Positions 37,721 through 49,835 of a DNA stretch of 64,000 nt are shown in pieces. The position numbers and the translations under genes are program-made. A model generated the notes under the pieces. The model searched no databases. It saw only the letters and a program-made list of their open reading frames with translations, and was not told the origin of the DNA. The first letter of the stretch is position 1, and each line of letters opens with the position of its first letter. This stretch comes from Vicugna vicugna (taxonomy: Eukaryota), in NCBI GenBank assembly GCA_013265495.1, contig MU057887.1:941985-1005984 (forward strand), written 5' to 3'.

Positions 37721-38848
37721 ACTAGCAGGTGGACTGGGTGAGGAGGTTTAGGGAAAGACAAGCCCAAAAGGATGCCTTAAGTGGGGCCTGGGCAGCTGGT
37801 GGGGGTGTCACCAAGAGAGGGGGGAGAGGGTCAGGTTGGGGGGACCCAGGAACTCCCTTGGCCATGGTAGTTTGGGGTGCCCAGGGGGCAGCAGAAGGGG
37901 GGCAGGGGCAGCAGGGGCAGATGAAGCTGGGGCTCCAGGGGGACTGGGCCCCGTCCTTCACTCTCCCAAGTCTCGGTTTCCCCACATAACATGGGAGTGA
38001 GCCCAGCGTAGTGGGTTCCAAACCTTTCTAATGGGAGCTTTTGCCAGAAGGCTCTCCCCAAGGAGCAGATCAGAATGGGGCTGCTGGGACTGAAGTGGGG
38101 TGGGGACATGGGACAGGCCTGAGGCCCAGCCAGTGGGACACTGCCGGCTAGTGGGCTCCTTGAGCCCCCCACCCCCACCCCACCCGGCCCTCAGGCCCCC
38201 ACAGCTTCGAAGGGGGTGGGAGAGTGCTGTGCCCCCCTCAACCATTTATAGGTGGAGAAATGGAGGCCAGGAAGGCCAAGAGACACCCCAGGCCACACCA
38301 GGGGCCCCTGGTGTCACGCAGTGGAGTGGGTACAGTGCCCATGTCCTCCTTGGAGCTGCCCACGCCCCACCCGTGGCTCAGCGACAGGGCCTGGGCAAGT
38401 ACCCTCTGCCTGAGCTGCCTCCCAGCTCAGGCTGGGGAGCCCTGGGCGAGGGGGTAGGCAGGAGCAGGGGAAGCCAGCGAGCCCAGAGATGCATCAGATC
38501 CCTGTCTGTGCACTGGAAAGACTGGAAGCCCAGAGGCCCCGCCCCGCCTCGCCTCACCCTCTGCCAGCCTGACCCAGGGCTCTGGGTGGGGGCCTGGCCT
38601 GGACCACCTGGGTCCCATCCAGGCTCTGCTGAGTGACGGCTGGACAGGCCACCTTGCACCCCATGCCTGTTTGTGTACCTGCCGAAGGGAGGTAAGCACA
38701 TGGCCCACCTGGCCGGGGCCAGGGTGGCGATGGGGAGGCTCAGAGGGGCTGGCACGCAGGAAACACTCAGTGCGTGGGCGCTGCTTTTATTACCCATCCC
38801 AGAGAGGCCCGGACCCTGGCCTGGGCGGGCCGGTGGTGGGCGGAGGCC

Positions 38849-38858
38849 TGTGTGTGCG

Positions 38859-38897
<39 letters not shown>

Positions 38898-38966
38898 CGC
38901 GCGTGTGCCGTGTGCGTGTGTGTGCGTGTGTGTGCGTGCGCTGTGTGCCGTGTGCATGTATGTGTG
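38849..38966. repeat. Compound (GT)n-(GC)n microsatellite
   Basis: Directly visible: (GT)14 from 38861, then (GC)7, then degenerate GT/GC repeats. Confidence 0.95.
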
Positions 38967-39639
38967 CTGCGCTCCCTCCGCCCCTCTTTCTGCATGTCTC
39001 TGTCCTTCCCTCTCAGTTCCTGCCCCTCTTTCTGAGTCCCTCTGTCCCTCTGTCCCGCTGGCTCTCTCCCGCCCCACCCCAGCCCCTACCCCAGCTGGGC
39101 CCCGGCTGAGTCAGTGTCTCCATGCTAAGCTCTTCCCTGCCGTTGTCATAAACAGAGCATCGGAAACAGTCACGCCAGGTCCAAACACGCCGGCACACCC
39201 GCGCCCGCGGCCTTTGTTCTGACCCAGAGGGGCCCTCACACGCCGCCCAGCAGCCCTCCAGTGGGTCGCGGTCCTGCTGGGCTCGGGGGCCCTGGTCTGG
39301 AGTGGGCAGAGCCTGGCCGAGGTCCACGCATCAGGGGGCAGCATGGCCAGAGCCCAGGGGTCTGCATCCCAAGCTGGACTGTCCTTCTAGAAGCTTCCAG
39401 CGCTGCCCTGTGGCTCTGGGGAGGCTGGGAAGGCCTCTCCTTCGGCCCTGGCTTCCAGCAGCCTCTCATGAGGGAGGGCAGCCCCAAGCAGCCGGCCCTC
39501 AGAACGCTCCCTCCCTCGTCAGGGCTGGTGGCAAAACCAACAACTGTCTGTGAGGAGGGACACGGTGGACCCAGAGCCCCGCCCCCCCAGCGGCTGCCCC
39601 GACCTGGCACCTGGACCCCTGCCAGCGCGCAGGGCTGAA

Positions 39640-39790
39640 CTGCAGGTTCGAACCTCTAGTCCTCACTCATGTGTGACCTTGGGCCAGTCAGCCTTCTGTG
39701 AGCCTCAGTCTCCCCATATATGATGGGTGGACACTGGGACCTGGAATAAGGACGTTTGTGACAGGCCTGGCCACAGCAGCCTTGGGAGAA
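39640..39790 (+). mobile_element. MIR
   Basis: ggttcgaacc...tgtgtgaccttgggccagtca...tctgtgagcctcagtctccccatatatgatggg. Confidence 0.65.
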
Positions 39791-40914
39791 ACAGTGCTCC
39801 CAAAATTGGTCGCAGGAGGGGTTCCCCATGGAGACAGGCTCAGGTCCCAGCCAGGCTTTGCCCTTGGAGGCGAAGGTGGAGCCCACCCACCGTGTGATCT
39901 GTGTCCTGTTCCATGGACCAGAGCCCAGAGTCCTGGACCCCTTGTCCATGGAGCCCGGGGCAGAACCCCAGTGCGAGGGCTGAGGAAGCGGTGGGCCTTC
40001 CTACTGCTATTCTGAGGACAGACCCCAAGTCCCGGTGGAGCCGGGCCCAGCCTCAGCCCTGCCAGAATGTGCGGCTGCGCCCAAGGTCACACCGGGGGCC
40101 TCAGGCAGCTGGCCCAGTGGGGTCTGCTCCCCCAGCAGTGCCCTCGCCCCTCCCAGGCCCTGTCCCTACCCCACAGCCTGTCCTGTGAGTCCCGGCCCTG
40201 CCCGGGAGGGTGGAAAATTCCCATCCTGGACGAGTTCCAGGCAGCCTCCAAGGGGCCGTGTGGAAGAACCAACCGCCCAGCCCAAGCCCCCAGCGGGTCC
40301 CCCGGGAGGGCCAGAGCCTGATCCCCTCCAGAACGGGCGCTCCGGGAGCAAGCTGGCCTTCTGGTGCAGGGGCCGGCGCCCACCCGGGGTGACCAGGGCC
40401 TCGTCGCACCCGAACCAGGGGTGGGCTCGGGTGGCCCTGCTCGGGAAAGTCCTTCCCACCCTGACATTCGAGGCCCCTGTCCCTCATGTCCTAGCTGCCT
40501 GGACACCAAGCTTCGAGCCTGGAAATGTCGTCCCGCTGCCTCAGGCTGGGCCTCCGGGCTGGGGTGGGGGTCGGGAGTGACCAAGACAGACAGCAGCCCC
40601 CAGAGCCAGGGCCCAGCCCGGCCTCCCAGGCCAGTGCAGTCAGCTCACCCAGGACATCCTGGGGACAAGGCTCCAAGAGCAGGGTTAGGTGGCCTTTACC
40701 CCACCCGCCGCACCATGCCTGCCCATACAGCCTGGTGAACAGTAACAGGGTCCGCCAAAGGGAGCCACCCTCACACTCCGCACTGACATCGCCGGTGACC
40801 CTCTGCCCTCAGCCGAGCCAGAGGACAGTGTCCTGGGAGGAGACAGTTGGATCTGGGTTCCAACATCCACTCAGCCTCTGAGCAAGGTGACTCCAGGCAG
40901 CTCCTGACCCCTTT

Positions 40915-41205
40915 GAGAACAGTGCCACCAGTGGACATCTTACACGAGTCACATAGGTCATTTCAAATTTTCTAGTAGCCACATAAAGATGGGTGATAAT
41001 TTTGGTAACATTTTCTTTAGCCAAGATACCCAAATATTACCATTTCAGCATCTCAGTGTAAAAATCATTAAAGAGATCTTTGACTTGCTTTCTTCCTTCC
41101 AAGTTGCCGAAAACTGTTGTGTGTCTTACACTCACGGCTCCTCTCAGCCTGCACGCACCATATTTTAAGTGCCCCCAGCTGCGTTTCCAGAGGGGACAGA
41201 GCCCT
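40915..41205. mobile_element. hAT-Charlie DNA transposon relic (MER33/MER3-like)
   Basis: ttcaaattttctagtagccacat...ccaaatattaccatttca...gtgtgtcttacactcacggc...catattttaagtgc follows the recalled MER33 consensus order. Confidence 0.75.
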
Positions 41206-43269
41206 TGTCCCTCCTGGGGAGTAATGTTGCACCTCCCTGTGCCTGGTCTGCAAAGCTGGGCAGGGGCTGGGCACCCAGTAGGTGGGCAGGGGCTGGGCAC
41301 ACAGCAGGTGCACAGGGCCCGGGAGCTGCCTTTTCTCCTCCAAGAACCCACCAGTGGCCGGTCTGGAAGCCTCCAGACCCTCCCCTCTCAGACTCTGCTC
41401 CCTCAGATTGTCCAGAAACTGGTGGCCTCTGCGGACCTCCTGCTGCTCAGGGATCGCTCCCAATGCAAATCTCACCCCCAAAGCAGACGGGAGCAGAGAC
41501 AGTGGTGCCACCGCCGGCCCAGGCAGCCATGTGAGGCTGGATTAGGGGCGGCCCCTATGCCTGGTCATGTCCAAGTGGCACATGATGGGCGGGACTCAGC
41601 GTTCCATGTCAGCTCGGGTTGGGGGCGGGGGCCCAAGTGCACACAGCCATGGTCCCCATGCCTGGTGCCTGGGCTCTGGGCTCGGGCTCAGGCGGGGGTG
41701 GGGCAGCAAGCGGAAGGAAGCCCCTCTCCTGCTCAGAGCCACCTGTGCCTTCTAGGCCTTCTCAGCGCTCACAGCCTTCCAGCCCTGACCCCTTCTCCAG
41801 CTTCATGTCTCCCCTCCCTATGGTTTGCTCTGGACACTCCCCTCCCGTTCCTGGAAAATCCCGTCCGTTTTCTGGCCTCTGGGCTTTGGCACATACTGTT
41901 CCCTCTACCTGGAGCCCCCTTCCTTGCTCTCAGCCTGGTCTGGGTCACTCTGATCCTCCCTAGGGTCTCAGCTTACACATCACACCATCACGAAACCCTT
42001 GACAAGAGTCCTGACTCTGTTACGGTGACTGTTAGAAAGTCCTGCCTTGCTCGGGGTCCCCGGGGGCCGTGAGTTGTCCTTGGAATATGAGGTTCACCCC
42101 CGACTCTCCTGTCTCCCCTGCCTCCTCCCCCATCCCATGGAAGAAGACAGCTGAGTTGGGACACATCCATGCACCCCCTCCCCACAAGCTCAGTTCCAGG
42201 TTACAGAAGAGACAGGTAGGAGGGGCCAGGTTGGCCCAGCCTTGCTCTGTAGATGAGGAAATAAGCCTGGGGTGGGCTCGGGTGGCCAGAGGGTGGAGGC
42301 TGCCAAGCGTGAGGGGGGACAATGATGGTGGAGAGGGGACCTAGGATGGGCCTCAACTCCCCGGAAGAAATAGAGCACCGGCGCCAGAGCAAAGCCAGCG
42401 CAGGGTCGTCACGAGGAAGGTCTGTCTTACATGGAGTAGTAAGCTCCCCATCCCTGGAGGCATACAAGCAACAGCACAGGTGCAGGAAAAGGAGCTGGAA
42501 CCATGTACAGGGGCTGATTTGAGCCTTTATAGCATTTCCCTTCAGCTCTCAAGATTTAGGCATGGTCCAAAGTCACAGGCAAGGCCTGAAGGGGGCCTGT
42601 CCCACCCACCCAGGCCATCCCCCCTCTCAGGGCCAATCATTAATTGGCACCGCTCGAGTGGCTGCTCCCACGAGTGCCCCCGGCTGCCTGCCAGCTCATG
42701 GCCCAGCTCCCATCCGGGGCACCCGCATGCCTCTGACGTGGGCCGGCCTCACAGCTCGGCCCCACTTCCTGCTTGTGACTCCCAGCAGCTGGGCCCAGGG
42801 AGGGCAAGGTGCACGCTCAGACCACCATCACAGCTCCCAGCGGGACTCCTACTGCCTACAGGACCCAGCCCAGCTCAGCCTGCAGCCAGAGCCCTCCTAG
42901 CGGAGCGCGGGGTCCTCCTCAGATGGTAGTGAGGAGCCGGGGAGGGCTTCAGGCCGGGCGGGAGACCCCGGGGGGCAGAGCGCAGGGGGAGCCTTTGGCA
43001 GGTGCAGAGCTGGTGTGGGGCTGAGAGACCCCGGGAGGATGAGGCACCAGGATGTGACTTCAGCCTGGTTGTGGACGAGGAAAAGCCAGGAGGGCTGAAA
43101 GAGGCATTCCCCTGCCTGCCCAGAAGGGAACTAAGATGTGAATAAGCAGAGCAGAGGGGAAGGGCCTCCCGGGGTGAGAAGCAACAGGAGCAAAGTCTCC
43201 AGGAGGGAACGAGCCAGCAAGCTCAGGGAAGGGGAAGGTCGGCTGTGACTGAAGCTCTAGCTTTGAAAG

Positions 43270-43580
43270 GGATGGCAAGAGGCAGGGGTGAGGTATGGCA
43301 GGAGCTACTCAGACTTCAAGCTAAAAACTTTATCCTGGGCAATAGGGAGCTACTGCAGGTTTTGGAGGAAGGGAGTGACACAGCATGGTCAGGACTGGGT
43401 AGGAGTCGGAGGAAGGAATTGACAGCTGCCAGAGGAGGGCCAGTGAGGCAGGCCCTGTGGTGGCCAGGAGAGAGAGTGGAAGGATGGACAGGAGGAGCAA
43501 CATCAGGTTTCTGCTGAGACGACTGGGTGCTCAGTCCAGCGGGGAAGGCTGAGGATGGAGATTTAAGCAGTAAGATGCTG
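43270..43580 (-). mobile_element. L2 fragment
   Basis: actttatcctgggcaatagggagctactgcaggttttggaggaagggagtgaca...tggtcag. Confidence 0.5.
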
Positions 43581-46010
43581 AGCATGTCGAGCCAGAGGCT
43601 CCCATGGGTCAGCTCGACAAGTGGTCCACAGGGAGTGGCCACGCTGGCCTTGGCCCCAGGGGAGAGCTGACAGGGGCGGGGCTGGGAGGAGCAGCCAGAG
43701 AGGAGGCCCAGGCCGGCTGGGGCCCAGCCAAGGAGGAGGGCTCAGTTGGCCACACGAAGGTCACGAACGGCCTGAACGAGGGTGGTGGGAGAAAGAAAAT
43801 AAAGGACGGGGACAGTGGGTGTGGCCATCTCTGCGGAAAAGTTTGCCCCTGAAATGCTCATGCAAGTGAGAGGGGGTGTCTTGGGTGAAGCAGAGCCTGA
43901 GATGCCCGACCCTGCGGGGAGCCCATGAGGAGCATCACAGTGCAGCCCCGCCTTCCCGCACAAGGCGGCTTTATACCTCCGCAACCCAGTGGGCAGAGGG
44001 CTGGTCTCCAAGAAGGAACAGCAGTGAGATGGGAGCTGAGATCCTTACAGCACCAAGGGATGCTCAGAAAAAGTGACCTGTGTTCGCTATCGGGGGGCCA
44101 GTCGCTGGCAGGAGGGCCAACGCTGCTCCTCTGGCTTTTGGAGGGTTCATAGGAGCCTGGCATTTACTGAGGCGCTGTTGGCGAACCTCCCTGCCTGGGG
44201 TCTGGCCCTGAGGAGAGGCTCAGAGCAGCCAGGTCTCCCTCACCGCCTAGGTCTCAAGGTCCTGCATGAAGGGTGATCTCACACCTCTCTTCAGGCCACG
44301 GGACCGTTTCCCCTGCCCGCCCTCTTTTGCACAGTGAGGCAGTGAGGGCTACCCAAAACGGGGAGGAGACTGGATATGAACCCAGCTCCACCGTGGGCCC
44401 ACGGGCAACCACACAGCTTCCCTGGCCTCAGCATCCACAGCTGTGCAGTGGGCATGCTCACAGCTGCCTCGGAGCCCCGGAGTCTTGCGGGGGGGCGGGA
44501 ACCACACAGGCAAGTGGGCACCTGGCATGAAGCGGGCACAGGTGCCGACACCCTCCCAACTGCGGGGGAGGGGGCAGGTAGCCCCACCCTCTCCTGCTGG
44601 CACCTGGAGGGAGGAAGCTGCACTTGGGTGGTGGGGCCCCAGGGAGGGGGCGGTGCCACTGTCCTGGCTGTGCCAGGTGCCACCCACAGGCTGCTCACCG
44701 CAAAGGGGCCCCTGGGGGCTTCCCCCTGTGCCTCCCCCAGCCCCACACAGGCGTTCCAAGCCCTGAGGAGCTCAGCCCTGGCCTGCGTCCCGGCAGCTGT
44801 GGCTCTGCTCGGCAGGCAGGCTCCCTGGCCCTCTGGGAACGGAAGGACACATTGTACCCACACGTTTGGAGGCACACCTGTGCCCGCAGGTTGGTGTCGG
44901 GGTAACAGGGCACCCCTTGCACGCCCAGTGCTGGGCCCTGTCACCACTCTCCACCCTCTGACCCTCACAGTGGCCTGGAGGGGCAGAGCCTTTCACCAGC
45001 CCCGCCCTCACTCTCACAACAGCCGTTGACTAGGCACCTACTGCATACAGGCCCTGGGCACCCAGATGGAGGGACTGCTGGAGCAGAACTCCTGTTACAA
45101 ATGAGGAAACTGAGGCCCTGAAGGCCACACAGTGGCTTCCATGCAGGTCAGACTCAGTAAGTCCCAATTTCCCTCTAAGTCCTCAGTCTCCTTCCCTGGA
45201 AAATGGGCGCTACGAAGCCTCCCCCAGGGCCGTGAGGACAGGGAATGGGGCGTGTGGCCCAGGCTCTGTGCAAAGCCCAGCGGGGCGCAGCCGGCAGAAA
45301 TCTTGCCACCCTCTTGATGTGTTCTGGTGGCTGCCACTGCCCATGGAAATGGAGGCCCACCCACTTCCATAGTCCCGACTCCCTCTGTGCACCCCACCCA
45401 CCCCGCCTGCAGCCAGCCAGACTCCTCGCTGCCCCGAGGCGTCCCACCACAGTGTCGCTCGTGCCTCTGCTCACACTGTTCCCTCTGCCCAGAATCCTTT
45501 CCACTCTCGGAGCCACAGCCACACTTATGCAGCACTCCCTGGGGACCGGGCACCAGTCACCCTGCAGAAGCTGTTACTCTTACCCCATTTCCAGACACAG
45601 ACACGGAGACACAGAGAGACAAAGCCTGACACCAAGGTGCTCTAACACTGCCCCGCCCTGCCCACTGCCACCCTGCCCGCTCACGTCCACACCAGGACGG
45701 TGTCCCCCAGCCCGACATCCAGAGCAAGCGCCCTCGTCCATTCACGCAGACTGGCTCCTGTCGACACCTCCCTTGTCCCAGATGTGACGGGGTCCCAGAG
45801 GGCCAGGCCAGGTCGGGGTTTCCCTGGGGTCCTGGGAGTCCAGCAGGCCAGGCCCAGAGAAGTGCTACGACAGCAAAGACATCGTCCAGCGGTTGCAGAA
45901 AAGGGAGTGTGGGCAGCCTGGCCTGGCCCTCCGTGGGCAGGTGGGTGGCCTGGCCCCCAGCACCCAGAGCACCGACGGCAGGGTCCCCGCGAGCCCAGAG
46001 GCTCCCTTAC

Positions 46011-46237
46011 CTACTCGGAGCTCTTGCCCAAAGACAGTCTTCTCGCCGAGGGCAGAGCAGTTCCAGCGTCCGAAGCGGAACTGGTACTGGCACTCGTTGA
46101 TGCCCATCTGGGCCCCCTCCCCGATCACGATGATGGCATCGGGCCGGCTCTGGCAGATGGCGCGCTGCCGTGGGGCCAAGCCGGGGATCTTGTTGCAGAT
46201 GATGTTGGCTCCCAGGGCCACGACGGACGACAGCGCT
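46011..46237 (-). CDS. WNT7B: Wnt-7b coding exon 2 (227 nt)
   Basis: Translates [75 protein letters not shown](G), the Wnt7b N-terminal region. Acceptor is ctcctccctgcag|A and donor is G|gtaagg. The phase-1 end joins exon 3 (G+GG=Gly). Confidence 0.97.
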
Positions 46238-47139
46238 CTGCAGGGAGGAGGGCACGGAGGAGGTGAGAAGGCTGGGCAAGACCCCTCCTTCCCTAGTCGG
46301 TCTCCGTCTGCAGACGTGTTCCAGGAGCCCACCGCGTGCCAAGCTCTGCCCTCCAGGGAACACAGCGCAGATCCCTGCCCTCCGGGGGCCACGTTCCACT
46401 GACCCACACGCATGATTCTGGCTTGAAAAGGCACACACGCCTGCCCTCTCTCAGCCTCAAAATCACAAGAACATGATTGCAAGAACCATGAATCAACCAA
46501 CAGTCCCACGGAATGCAAGAACCATGGCTCTCCACGCTTCGGAATCAGATACACAGACCCTTCCAGGATTTGACAACCATTAACCTGGAACTGTCCACAG
46601 CTGCCCCCTCAAGTAGCGCATCCCAACTCCCAGACAACTGAGGCTTTTCCATCACTTGGCAATCCCTGGGTCCCCGCTTCCCAGGGCTGCCTGGGCCAGA
46701 CTGGGAGCCAAGCCCACCAGGTCCTGACTCCAGCCGCAGCCCATGTGTGACCTTGGGAAGACACTCTGCCTCTCTGAGCCTCAGTTCTCACACCTGTGAC
46801 ATGGGGTACAAACACTGGTTCCCACCACCATCGCCACACAGTCTCAGACCAGGGAACTGCAGGGAGAAAGCGACACCCGTGCGGATGACTCTCAATACTC
46901 ACTAGTTTCTGGACGCCTGGGTGCCCTCAGGGGAGAAAGCAGGGCTGACGCAAACTGAGCACCTACTGTGTGCTGGACTCAGCAGGATGCTTTATTGCAA
47001 CATCACATCCTCATGCGGTCCCCTGAGGGTGCTCTGTGATTAACCTCCTGGTACCCTCCGGGAGCTGAGGCCCCAGGCAGGAGGACACAGGCTGGGCTCA
47101 CTCCCTCTTCACCTGGGTGTTATCAGCGTGGTTCTTTGT

Positions 47140-47735
47140 TTGTTTAAGGAGGTGAAATCCACATAGCAGAACGGTAACCGCTGTAAAGTTGTACAGCACT
47201 GGGTACATTCACAGTGTTTTTCAAACACCACCTCTGCCGAGTTCCGAGGGGCTGTCACTTCCCCAGGAGGAAACCCCGTATCCCTTAGCAGTCACTTCCC
47301 TTTACTCCTCCCCCAGCCCCTGGCGACCACTAATCTGCCTTCTGTGCCTGTGGATTTGCCTGTTCTGGACATTTCTTATAAATGGAATCATACAACATGT
47401 GACCTTTTGTGCCTGGCTCCTTTCACTTAGTATGGTGCGCTCAAGGTTCACCCACGTTGTCTCATGAATCAGCACTTCCTTCTTTTTATGGCCAAGTAAC
47501 ATTCCATTGTCTGGAGAGACCACATTCTCTGTGTCCATTCATCACTGATGGACACTTGGGTTGGTTCCACCTTTTGGCTCTTGTGAATGATGTTGCCCTG
47601 AACACGTGCACACAAGTTTTTGAGCACCTGTTGTAAGTTCTTCGGGGCAGGTACCTAGGAGTGGAATTGCTGGGTCCCGTGGTGGTTGTGCTTTTTGAGG
47701 AACTGCCAGACGGTTTCCCACAGAAGCTGCACCAG
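47140..47735 (-). mobile_element. L1MB-like 3' fragment in intron 1
   Basis: Contains ttctggacatttcttataaatggaatcatacaacatgtgaccttttgtg, gatggacacttgggttggttccaccttttggct and tacctaggagtggaattgctgggtc. Confidence 0.88.
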
Positions 47736-48949
47736 TTGGTTTTAAGCACCAGAGGAGATGGGGCGGTGAGCTAAGGGCGGGGGTGCTGGTTCCTGAAGAG
47801 CTACGGGCATGAGGTGGGTTTCAAGACAGCGTCTGGCTTCAAACAACAGAACAGGGGGCAAAAGGTGGAAGTGGGGAGGCCACGAGGGGCTCCCCAAAGC
47901 TGATGCCCAGGCCCCAGCCTCCTGGCTCAGTGAGCTCCCTCCTTCTGCCCACGGCCTGCCAACCCTTTTCTTGAGAGAAACGAGTCAGTGTTTTTCCAGG
48001 GCAGCCGAGCACCCACAGCCAGATGGGAAAGTCCCCGTGTGGCATGAGCCCACAGCACGTGCTGCGACCAGAACACCGCGGTGACACTCAATCCCCGTGG
48101 CCCGCCCGCCCCGCCCACTAATCTGGCCAAGACCCCCCTGGGTCTCCCACGGGCACAATGGGCAGAAATGCCCAAGGCTGGCGTGGAGGAAGAGCATCTG
48201 GTCGGGTGGGGCTGGGAGCAGGCTGGAATCTGGGGAATTCAGCCCCAAGTAATTGTAGATGCTCAGAAAACCGACCCGAGGAAATGAGATGGATGGGAAC
48301 CCTGCCGGGCACCAGCCTCCAGGCCTCGGGCGGGAGCCCGGACGCTAAAAGCACGTTCCCAGATTCTTCCAGCAGGCTCTAGGCTGCAAAGGCCCCGGTG
48401 CCAGCGTAAGAGCCCCTGCTCCTGGGGGTAAGAGTTCAGACAAACTGGGCCATGGGGGAGCCCCAGTGGGACTTGGGATGGACCCGGGGGCAGAAACTGA
48501 TTACTGCAGCTCTGGTCTCCCTCCTCCAGGCAGGCCACCCCAGCCTGCACCCCCTCCCATCCCGCTCAGAGCCCGCCCGTAGCCCTCCCCCAGCTCCTTT
48601 CCTCAACCTGGAGGCCTCTTGGGACTGGCCTGACAAGCTGCTGCCTCTGCGTGTGCTTGTCCCTCTGCCTGGGAGGCCGCCCTCCCTCCCTTTTTCTGTC
48701 TGACAAACTCTCCTTCCCTTCCAGGGCCAAGTTCAAGCCTCCAGGCACTGAGGACATGCACAGTGGACACTTGTCACCCCCGGTCTCACTGTCATTGTTC
48801 CACGCCCAGCTCCCCCACCAGCCCACACAAACCTCAAGGGCAGTGCCAGCTCTGAGCTGACCCTGGGGCCTCGGGCTGCCTCGTGCAGCCAACTATGAGT
48901 GTGTGTGGACAGGATGGATGAAAGAACGAATGAGCAAACACTCAGGGAT

Positions 48950-49835
48950 TATGTCTAAAAGAGCTTCTGCAACTCAGTCACAAGAAGACAGTCCAATTTA
49001 AAAATAGGTGAAGGCCTTAGACATTTCTTCAGAGGGACAAATGGCCAGTGATCACGGAAAAGATTCTAAACATCACTCATTAGGGAAACACAAATCAGAA
49101 ACACAGAGAGGTGCCACCTCAGAGCCACTAGGACGGCTGTGATCAAAACAACAGAAAACAGCACACGTTGTCAAGGATGTGGGGAAACTGGAACCCTCGT
49201 GCATTGCTGGTGGAATTGTAAAATGGTCCAGCCGCTGTGGGCGAGAGTTGGAAAGGTCCAACTCAAAAAGGTAAACACAGAATGACCATAGGACCCAGGA
49301 ATCCCACTTCTAGGCGTATATCCGAAAGAACGAAGGCAGGTGTTCAAACAAAAACCTGTACACAAACGTTCATAGCAGCACTAATCACAATAGCCCAAAG
49401 GAGGAAATAACCCAGATGTCCCTCAACGGCTGGGTGGCTAAACAGAATGTGGTCTACCCAGACAATGGAATATTACTTGGTCATAAAAAGGAATGAAGTC
49501 CAAAGATATGCTACATGGATGAACCCCAGAAACATTATGTTCAGTGAAAGGAGCCAGACACAAAAGGCCACATCTTGTCTGATTGCTCGTGTATGAAATG
49601 CCCAGCAAAGGTGGATCCACAGAGACAGGGACAGGGGCTGGGGGAGGGGGAATGGGGAGTCACTGCTTAATAGATGTGGAATTTCCAACTGGTGTGACGG
49701 AAAAGCTACAGAATTAGGGGGAGGTGATGGTTACACAACTTGTGAATGTACTTAACACCACAAAATTATATCCTTGAACGTGGTTAAAGTGGCGAATTTT
49801 GTGTTAAATGAATTTGAAACACAGATTTTAAAAAT
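48950..49835 (+). mobile_element. L1MB-like 3' fragment in intron 1
   Basis: Contains cattgctggtggaattgtaaaatggt, gttcatagcagcacta, gtgaaaggagccagacacaaaaggccacat and ttgtgaatgtacttaa. Confidence 0.88.

Noticed and set aside
41080..42072. 330-aa plus-strand ORF
   Set aside because: It starts at a non-ATG codon inside a MER33-like relic and shows no domain similarity. Such lengths arise by chance in GC-rich DNA.
45865..46554. 229-aa ORF read as a single-exon gene or extended Wnt7b N-terminus
   Set aside because: Only 46011-46237 is Wnt-like and it is bounded by canonical AG and GT. The flanks are intron read-through with no signal peptide.
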